From the NCBI GenBank assembly GCA_001784725.1, contig MFRX01000034.1, forward strand, positions 657-44,570: a DNA stretch of 43,914 nt, in the 5' to 3' direction. This stretch comes from Candidatus Moranbacteria bacterium RIFCSPHIGHO2_02_FULL_40_12b (GTDB lineage: Bacteria > Patescibacteriota > Minisyncoccia > Moranbacterales > 2-12-FULL-40-10). The notes beneath the pieces are model-generated. The model was not told the origin of the DNA. It made no database searches and was given only the letters and a program-made list of their open reading frames with translations. Positions 8,717 to 15,006 of this stretch are shown here, piece after piece. Each line of letters starts with the position of its first letter. Within the stretch, counting starts at the first letter, position 1. Position numbers and translations under genes: made by a program.

Positions 8717-8728
8717 ATCCGAATATTT

Positions 8729-9118
8729 ATGGATAAAATTTTGCACAAAGAACTTTCTTATAAAATAAATGGGATATTATTTAAAGTTCATAATAATTTA
8801 GGAAGATTTTGCAAACATGACCAATATTGTGAAGCCGTGGAGTCCATTTTAAAAGAAGAAAAAATAAAATATCAAAGAGAAATTGAAATCCCAATAAAAT
8901 TTAATAACATAAAACTCACAGGCAATATATTAGATTTTTTAATTGAAGATAAATTGGTTTTAGATGTAAAATGTAAAAAAGAAATAACAATTAAAGATTA
9001 TGTTCAAATGAAAAGATATTTAAGAGCAACCGGAAAAAATTTGGGAATTATAGTAAATTTTGCAGAGAAATCGGCAAGGATAAAAAGAATCTTAAATAAA
9101 GATCCGAATAAAAATTAA
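8729..9118 (+). CDS. GxxExxY / PD-(D/E)XK nuclease-like protein (PDDEXK_3-like)
   Basis: The family-typical layout is present: LGxx...E..Y region, D...DVK core (DFLIEDKLVLDVK), Q..RYL, GIIVNF. Confidence 0.6.
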   Translation: MDKILHKELSYKINGILFKVHNNLGRFCKHDQYCEAVESILKEEKIKYQREIEIPIKFNNIKLTGNILDFLIEDKLVLDVKCKKEITIKDYVQMKRYLRATGKNLGIIVNFAEKSARIKRILNKDPNKN

Positions 9119-9145
9119 TTCGCATATAATTCGGATTTAATTTGT

Positions 9146-10408
9146 ATGCAAATTCGTATCAACCATATCGCGAAAATGGAAGGGCACGCCGGGTTTATGG
9201 CAAGCGTTCTTCAGGGCGATGTGAAATCGGCCAAGTTAGAAATCCAGGAGGGTATCCGGCTTATTGAAGGAGTGCTAATCGGACGCCATTATAAAGATAT
9301 GCCAGTAATTGCGCAGAGAATCTGCGGAATCTGCCCCGTAGTGCATAATCTGACATCTATCAAAGCGATTGAAAACGCTTTCAGTATTAAGGTTTCCAAT
9401 GAAACGGTAAATTTGCGAAAACTTTTAGAATGGGGACAAATCATCCACTCTCACGCTTTGCATCTATTTTTTCTGTCGCTGGCTGATTTTTTGGATATTG
9501 AAAATGACTTAATATTAACGAAAGAGTATCCGGAAGAAACCAAAAAAGCCATTAAAATCCGCGAGTTTGGAATGTCTATCGTTAAAATTATCGGTGGGCG
9601 GGTAATTCATCCTTTAACAAATGAAGCAGGCGGTTTTAAAAAAATTCCCAAACAAGAGGAATTGCAGGAGCTGATTATTCAAGGCGAGGAAATTCTGCCG
9701 GTGGCGCTGGAAGTGGGAGAATTTTTCAAAAAAATAAAAATTCCAACATTTTCAAGGATGTCAGAGTATGTCTGTTTGGATAAATCCGCCGAATACGCGA
9801 TTTATGACGGCGATATTTCTTCCAATAAAGGGCTTCATATACCGGTGGAAAAATTCGAGAATAATTTCAAAGAACTTCAGCGCCCGCGGGAAATAGTCAA
9901 GAGAGTTATGGCTGACGGGAAAACCAGCTATATGGTGGGCGCCATCGCGAGAGTCAATAACCAGAGCAAAAAACTGAATTACAACGCGGAAAAATATCTG
10001 GAGTCGCTGGGATTTGCGCTTCCGGACTATAATCCGTTCCATAACATCCTTTATCAGATGACGGAGGTTATCCACTGCGTCGAGGAATCACTCAAAATGC
10101 TTCGGATTTTAGCACGCGGCAATTTAGAAAACGCCTTGACTAAAAATTACGAAATCAAAGAGGGTTCGGGAGTGGCAGCGGTGGAAGCGCCAAGGGGAAC
10201 TTTATATTACCATGTTGATATTGACGGCAAGGGTTATGTTAAAAACGTGAATATTATCACTCCCACGGCGCAGTTTTTGTCGCATCTGGAAGACGATGTC
10301 GCGGCCTATATCCCAAGCATTTTAGACCTATCCGACAAAGAAAAAGAAAAAAAACTGCGGGCTTTCATCCGGGCGTATGACCCGTGCATCAGCTGCGCGG
10401 TACATTGA
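9146..10408 (+). CDS. [NiFe]-hydrogenase large (catalytic) subunit, group-3-type
   Basis: The N-terminal Ni-binding motif is RICGICPVVH. The C-terminal motif DPCISCAVH is the very end of the ORF. Confidence 0.9.
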   Translation: MQIRINHIAKMEGHAGFMASVLQGDVKSAKLEIQEGIRLIEGVLIGRHYKDMPVIAQRICGICPVVHNLTSIKAIENAFSIKVSNETVNLRKLLEWGQIIHSHALHLFFLSLADFLDIENDLILTKEYPEETKKAIKIREFGMSIVKIIGGRVIHPLTNEAGGFKKIPKQEELQELIIQGEEILPVALEVGEFFKKIKIPTFSRMSEYVCLDKSAEYAIYDGDISSNKGLHIPVEKFENNFKELQRPREIVKRVMADGKTSYMVGAIARVNNQSKKLNYNAEKYLESLGFALPDYNPFHNILYQMTEVIHCVEESLKMLRILARGNLENALTKNYEIKEGSGVAAVEAPRGTLYYHVDIDGKGYVKNVNIITPTAQFLSHLEDDVAAYIPSILDLSDKEKEKKLRAFIRAYDPCISCAVH

Positions 10409-10486
10409 TGCGAATCGGGATGCGAATTGTATTCGAATTATAATTCGAATATGTTTGGATAATATTCAGAAGTTGCGCAAAAACAA

Positions 10487-10524
10487 TATACACCATTTTC
10501 AGCTACCGCAAGAAATGGTGTATA
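10487..10524 (+). terminator. 12-bp perfect hairpin (tatacaccattt / aaatggtgtata), possible terminator of the hydrogenase genes
   Basis: Inverted repeat read directly from the sequence, with a 14-nt loop and a T-rich tail. Confidence 0.45.
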
Positions 10525-10643
10525 ATTTTACGGCTTAAGCATCATTGATCCATAAATGGCTTTTTTAAAGTCAAAAGCAATATTATAAATTTTCCTAAAA
10601 ATTTGAAAACAGCTTATTTGAGCCATAAACGGCAACTTTACGC

Positions 10644-10672
10644 TTGACAGAAAATGATTTTGGGTGTATACT
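10644..10672 (+). promoter_or_regulatory. Sigma70-type promoter of DGR target gene
   Basis: TTGACA (10644-10649), 17-nt spacer, TATACT (10667-10672). Confidence 0.6.
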
Positions 10673-10766
10673 GACAAATTGAGTGAGGTACCTTAATAAA
10701 ACGGCAAATCCGGGACTTTGACATAGGGTCAAAGTGAGAGATGAGCCAAATAAAAGGAGGGACAAT

Positions 10767-11444
10767 ATGTCCAGGAAAAGCAAGAAGGAAGTTGAAGCAA
10801 TTGTTTCAGGGATGGGAGTTTTTATGGCTTTTATTTCTAATCTCGTTGAGCTTGTAAAAAAGTTTGGCGGGACGATGGAAAACATCTATCGGCTGGCAAC
10901 TCCCGATGGAAACGAAACACTGGAGGCGATTGCTCGCATTATTGCCGGCGGAGTGAAAAATGTCAAAAATGAGTTTCTCAAACTAATTTCCGGTAACGAG
11001 ACGCTTGTTATTGACAATTGCGATGGATCAGAGGGTCTTGCAAACGCGAGTGATTTATTCGCGTGGATTGATTCCGATTTCAGAAATTACGGCGCCGATC
11101 AAAAAGGTCAGGCGACCGGCGAAACCTCAGTCCGCGTGCATGAAATGACGAGAAATGCGACTTTTTCACAAATGTTCGTCTCATTGAACGCTGATATGGA
11201 AAAAATTTGCCTTACTCCACATCAGATTAAGAAATTTGTAAAAAAATATCGCAACTGGTTACGAATAGATGGTTATGCGACATTCTTTCTATTTAAATTA
11301 AATAACCAGTTCTTCGTTGCCGGCGTGAGCTTCGACTCTGACGGTAAGCTCCGGGTCTATGTCGACAGGTTCGAGCGCGACAATGTCTGGCGTGCCGAGG
11401 ATCGTCGTCGGGTCGTGGTTCCGCAACTGGATGTCGCTCAATAA
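10767..11444 (+). CDS. DGR target (variable) protein, unknown fold; possible N-terminal signal-anchor
   Basis: SD aaggaggg lies 6 nt before ATG 10767, so the listed GTG 10734 is less likely. The last ~40 codons are the VR. A hydrophobic segment AIVSGMGVFMAFISNLV follows the basic N-terminus. Confidence 0.8.
   Translation: MSRKSKKEVEAIVSGMGVFMAFISNLVELVKKFGGTMENIYRLATPDGNETLEAIARIIAGGVKNVKNEFLKLISGNETLVIDNCDGSEGLANASDLFAWIDSDFRNYGADQKGQATGETSVRVHEMTRNATFSQMFVSLNADMEKICLTPHQIKKFVKKYRNWLRIDGYATFFLFKLNNQFFVAGVSFDSDGKLRVYVDRFERDNVWRAEDRRRVVVPQLDVAQ
11310..11428 (+). repeat. DGR variable repeat (VR)
   Basis: 119 nt matching 11741-11859. All 17 mismatches fall at TR adenines. It is in-frame and encodes FFVAGVSFDSDGKLRVYVDRFERDNVWRAEDRRRVVVPQL. 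Confidence 0.9.
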
Positions 11445-11458
11445 TTTTGTTCTTTTTT

Positions 11459-11510
11459 AATCCCTTGGATTCTTTGACGCTTAGGCGCTTTGAATCCAAG
11501 GGATTTTTTT
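11459..11510 (+). terminator. 14-bp hairpin plus T-run downstream of VR (terminator; possibly also the DGR target-recognition hairpin)
   Basis: aatcccttggattc (11459-11472) pairs with gaatccaagggatt (11492-11505), followed by ttttttt. A promoter-like TTGAAT-16-TATAAT (11490-11517) overlaps the 3' arm. Confidence 0.7.
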
Positions 11511-11740
11511 GTATAATACTATCGCAATCTTGGAAAAATTCGCGGCTACGGCTTCGGGTCAAAGTTGCTGAAAAACGTATTTGAGAATTTCGCCGGATAC
11601 GTCTTGCGGAAGTGTGGATACGTTTTTCAAAATAAAAAAACAGCCAGTTGGTGCGATGAGCTGGAGAACTTCAAGGTTCCAAATAAGATGCAATCCCAAG
11701 AGTATTCAAAGGATGGTGGCATAGATGGCTTGTCGCACAT

Positions 11741-11859
11741 TTCTTCGTTGCCAACGTGAACTTCAACTCTGACGGTAAGCTCAAGGTCAATGTCAACAGG
11801 TTCGAGAACGACAATGTCTGGAATGCCGAGAATCGTCATCGGGTCATAGTTCCGAAACT
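11741..11859 (+). repeat. DGR template repeat (TR)
   Basis: This non-coding copy is the adenine-bearing partner: 33 A, of which 17 are substituted in the VR. Weaker, indel-containing homology to the target gene extends upstream (11721-11740 vs 11265-11284). Confidence 0.9.
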
Positions 11860-11874
11860 TGCTGATTCTCTCGC

Positions 11875-12177
11875 TCACTTGCTGGGCGAGAGTTTCTTAT
11901 CCAGTCCTCGTTTCCAACCGCCCAGCATCCGTCCGATTTCTTCCAGTTTTTGCGAAAGATTTATGTATTTTTCATTCGGAACAAGTTTGTTTTCCCATGC
12001 CAGTTGCAGAAAAAATTTCAAAACATCCAGTCGGGATATGGCTTTCCCCAGCAAAATTATTTTATGCTCCGGAGGAAGATAGGAAGCGGTAAAACTTAAT
12101 TCTAAAATTTCTAAAAATAAATTATCAATTCTTCTCCCGATTCCATAGCGCTCGGTTTTGGGGAAATCACGATGCAA
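11875..12177 (-). CDS. avd: Avd-like accessory variability determinant (four-helix-bundle / 23S rRNA IVS protein family); N-terminus uncertain
   Basis: FPKTERYGIG and the C-terminal EEIGRMLGGWKRGL resemble Avd/four-helix-bundle proteins. The TTG start gives 100 aa. The frame stays open 27 more codons upstream without a canonical start. Confidence 0.75.
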   Translation of the reverse strand: MHRDFPKTERYGIGRRIDNLFLEILELSFTASYLPPEHKIILLGKAISRLDVLKFFLQLAWENKLVPNEKYINLSQKLEEIGRMLGGWKRGLDKKLSPSK

Positions 12178-12309
12178 AATCAGCCAGTATTGATACGCTT
12201 CTTTTTCTTTTATGATTACGGCCGGCGAGGTCTTGGGGGGGGGGTCATAATAGTCATAAGTTTAAAATTTCCGCCAAAGGCGGATCCGCCAGTGGCGGAA
12301 AAAATCAAA

Positions 12310-13320
12310 ATGCAAAATAAAAAGGCAAAATTTGGAAAAAAATACGATGAAATTATTTCTTTGGATAATCTTTTGGAAGCCTGGAAAGAATTTTTGCAAG
12401 GGAAGCGGAACAAGAAAGATGTCCAAATTTTCCAAATGCGCTTAATGGACAATATTTTTGCGCTTCACGATGACCTCAATAATTTAACATATAAGCACGG
12501 CGGATATCAAGCGTTCAAAATCAATGACCCCAAGCCAAGAGATATCCATAAGGCCGCAGTGAGGGATCGGCTTTTGCATCACGCCATTTACAGAATCCTT
12601 TATCCTTTTTTTGAAAAAACATTCATTGCTGATTCATATTCTTGCCAACTCAATAAAGGGACGCATAGAGCGATTAATAGATTTAGAAAATTCTCATACA
12701 AGGTCAGTCAAAACAATATAAAAACCTGCTGGATATTGAAATGCGACATCAGGAAATTTTTCGCCAATATCAACCATGAAATTTTGCTTGGAATTTTAGC
12801 TCAATATGTTCCGGACAAAAATATATCACGGTTCCTTGAAGAAGTAGTCGGCAGTTTCAACACTAAAGGAAAGGATGATGTTGGATTACCGCTCGGAAAT
12901 TTAACCAGCCAGCTTTTCGTGAATATTTATATGAATAAATTTGATCAGTTTGTGAAACACGGATTAAAGGCGAAATATTACATTCGCTACGCCGATGATT
13001 TTGTGATTTTTTCGGGAGATAAAGAATGGCTGGAAGATAGAATCGAAACCATGCGAAATTTTTTGCGAAACGAATTAAAACTGGAACTCCATCCGGATAA
13101 AGTTTTCATAAAAACATTGGTTTCAGGATTGGACTTTTCGGGCTGGGTGAATTTTTGTGATCACAGAGTTTTGCGGACGGCGACCAAGAGAAGGATGATG
13201 AAAAGAATATCGGAGAATCCAAGTCCGGAGACATTGAATTCATATTTGGGGATGCTGGGGCATGGGAACGCGGAAAAGTTGAGAGAGGATATTTTTAATA
13301 ATTTTGTTTATAAGTTATAA
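12310..13320 (+). CDS. DGR-type reverse transcriptase
   Basis: LGNLTSQLFVNIY ((I/L/V)GxxxSQ, the DGR RT signature), YADD catalytic box (IRYADDFVIF), size about 336 aa. The start is set to ATG 12310. The listed 12172 start adds a low-complexity extension through the G10 tract. Confidence 0.9.
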   Translation: MQNKKAKFGKKYDEIISLDNLLEAWKEFLQGKRNKKDVQIFQMRLMDNIFALHDDLNNLTYKHGGYQAFKINDPKPRDIHKAAVRDRLLHHAIYRILYPFFEKTFIADSYSCQLNKGTHRAINRFRKFSYKVSQNNIKTCWILKCDIRKFFANINHEILLGILAQYVPDKNISRFLEEVVGSFNTKGKDDVGLPLGNLTSQLFVNIYMNKFDQFVKHGLKAKYYIRYADDFVIFSGDKEWLEDRIETMRNFLRNELKLELHPDKVFIKTLVSGLDFSGWVNFCDHRVLRTATKRRMMKRISENPSPETLNSYLGMLGHGNAEKLREDIFNNFVYKL

Positions 13321-13327
13321 TAATGGC

Positions 13328-13603
13328 GTGCACGACTTCTTATTAGCTAAACAAATAGTAGGTGATGTCCTGAAAGTTTCCAATAAAAAGGGATTAAAAA
13401 ACATCAAGTCCGTTTCCTTGGAAATCGGCAGTGTTTCGCTTACTCATGATAGTTTTAATGAGCACGCGGAAGATATAAATCTGGAAAATTTAAAATTCGG
13501 GATTGAAAGCATTGCGAAAAATACGGTTTTAAAGGACACTAAATTTAATATAAAGAAAACAGAAGGGGACAGTTGGAAAATAACGGGAATTGAGGTAGAA
13601 TAG
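13328..13603 (+). CDS. hypA: HypA-like hydrogenase nickel-insertion protein lacking the zinc-finger domain
   Basis: GTG start gives N-terminal MHD (compare the MHE Ni-binding motif). A..IV, VSLEIGSVS and C-terminal ITGIEVE match the HypA layout, but the protein has no cysteine. Confidence 0.6.
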   Translation: MHDFLLAKQIVGDVLKVSNKKGLKNIKSVSLEIGSVSLTHDSFNEHAEDINLENLKFGIESIAKNTVLKDTKFNIKKTEGDSWKITGIEVE

Positions 13604-13810
13604 AAATAATAATTTTTAATTTTATAATTTTTAATTTTGTAAATAAACTCCGACACCAAATTGCCAAATTAAAATCTCTAAAAATAAGCCGAGTCTCAAG
13701 CTTTTTTAAAAAAGAGGTTTGGTGCGGGGTAAATCTTAATTTTTAATGTTTAAAAATTTGAACATTAGAAATTATTTAAAAATTACAAAATTACAAAATT
13801 TAAAAATTTT

Positions 13811-14803
13811 GTGATCAAAATAGCAATAAATGGTTTTGGAAGAATAGGGAGACCGTCGCTCAAAATCGCGCTGGAAAAAAAAGGCATTGATGTGGTCGCC
13901 ATCAATGATTTAACCGACATTAAAACCGCGGCGCATCTTCTGAAATACGATTCGTCCTATGGAATTTATCCAAAATCAGTGGAGGCGGACGGGGAAAATT
14001 CGGAACTGATTATTGATGGCGTGCGGATAAAATATTTCAAGGAACCAGATCCGGAAAAACTTCCCTGGGGGGATTTGGGCGTGGATATCGTTCTGGAATG
14101 CACGGGTATCTTTGAAACCAAAGAAGACGCGGGAAAGCACTTAAAAGCCGGCGCCAAAAAAGTGATTCTTTCCGCGCCGCCCAAGGATGATATTCCGGTA
14201 TATTTATTGGGAGTTAACGAAAATGACTACCAGGAAGAGGATATTATTTCTAACGGATCCTGCACCACCAATTGCCTGGCGCCTATAATAAAAGCGCTGG
14301 ATGATAATTTTGGCGTGGAAAAGGGATTTATGACCACTACTCATTCTTACACTAACGATCAGCGATTGCAGGACATGCCTCACAAGGATTTAAGAAGAGC
14401 CAGAGCGGCGGCGCAAAATATCATTCCCACCACGACCGGCGCGGCCAAAACCGTCGGAAAAGCCATTAAGCACTTAGAAGGAAAATTGGACGGTATTTCT
14501 CTTCGTGTTCCAACGCCTGTTGTTTCAATAGTTGATTTTATCTGCAATTTGAAAAAAGAAGCGAATGTTGAGGAAATTAATAATGCTTTCAAAAGCGCTT
14601 CAGAAAATGAACTGAAAAATATTTTAACCGTTTCAGATGAACCACTGGTTTCCATGGATTACAAAGGCAATCCGCATTCCGCGATTGTGGACCTTCCGCT
14701 TACGATGGCCAACGGAAATCTGGCGAAAGTCGTCGGCTGGTATGACAATGAGTGGGGATATTCAAATAGATTAGTAGAACTAGCGCAATTTGTAAGCAAA
14801 TAA
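13811..14803 (+). CDS. gap: Glyceraldehyde-3-phosphate dehydrogenase
   Basis: INGFGRIGR, SCTTNCLAP (catalytic Cys), WYDNEWGYS. Confidence 0.95.
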   Translation: MIKIAINGFGRIGRPSLKIALEKKGIDVVAINDLTDIKTAAHLLKYDSSYGIYPKSVEADGENSELIIDGVRIKYFKEPDPEKLPWGDLGVDIVLECTGIFETKEDAGKHLKAGAKKVILSAPPKDDIPVYLLGVNENDYQEEDIISNGSCTTNCLAPIIKALDDNFGVEKGFMTTTHSYTNDQRLQDMPHKDLRRARAAAQNIIPTTTGAAKTVGKAIKHLEGKLDGISLRVPTPVVSIVDFICNLKKEANVEEINNAFKSASENELKNILTVSDEPLVSMDYKGNPHSAIVDLPLTMANGNLAKVVGWYDNEWGYSNRLVELAQFVSK

Positions 14804-14971
14804 AATAAGTGATTTTCGATAGTCGGAAACGAAAGAATTTCAAATTTCCAATTTCAAAATTCAAATCAAATTCCAATAAGTAAATTTTTAAAAATTTTTA
14901 GTACCCAACTTTATTACTGAAGCTATTACTGAATTAATTCAGTAATATAACAAGTAAATAAATTAACCGTG

Positions 14972-15000
14972 TTGACAAAATTCAGCCAATCTGCTATATT
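14972..15000 (+). promoter_or_regulatory. Near-consensus sigma70 promoter
   Basis: TTGACA (14972-14977), 17-nt spacer, TATATT (14995-15000). No protein gene follows for about 850 nt. Confidence 0.65.
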
Positions 15001-15006
15001 ATTTGC

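Larger units (their letters stand above)
10644..13320 (+). mobile_element. Diversity-generating retroelement (DGR) cassette: promoter, target gene with VR, TR, avd (inverted), RT
   Basis: See the component features below. The VR/TR mismatches are adenine-specific. Confidence 0.9.

Noticed and set aside
11565-12092. Plus-strand ORFs 11565-11759, 11756-12082 and 11859-12092 from the six-frame track
   Set aside because: They run through the non-coding TR and antisense to avd. 11756-12082 only looks protein-like because the TR copies the target gene's 3' end. They have no SD, and the remainder of each is low-complexity.
12172-12309. N-terminal extension of the RT ORF (MQNQPVLIRFFFFYDYGRRGLGGGV...)
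   Set aside because: The extension is read through the G10 tract and repeat hairpins and overlaps avd's 5' end. The conserved RT N-terminus (KYDEIISLDNLLEAWKEF) starts right after ATG 12310.
12310-13320. RT as a group II intron maturase or retron RT
   Set aside because: I found no group II ribozyme domains (no domain V-like GAGCCGUAU...GGUUC hairpin) and no X/En domains. The motif is LGNLTSQ (DGR type) rather than the group II intron type. The adjacent A-mutagenised repeat pair explains the RT fully.
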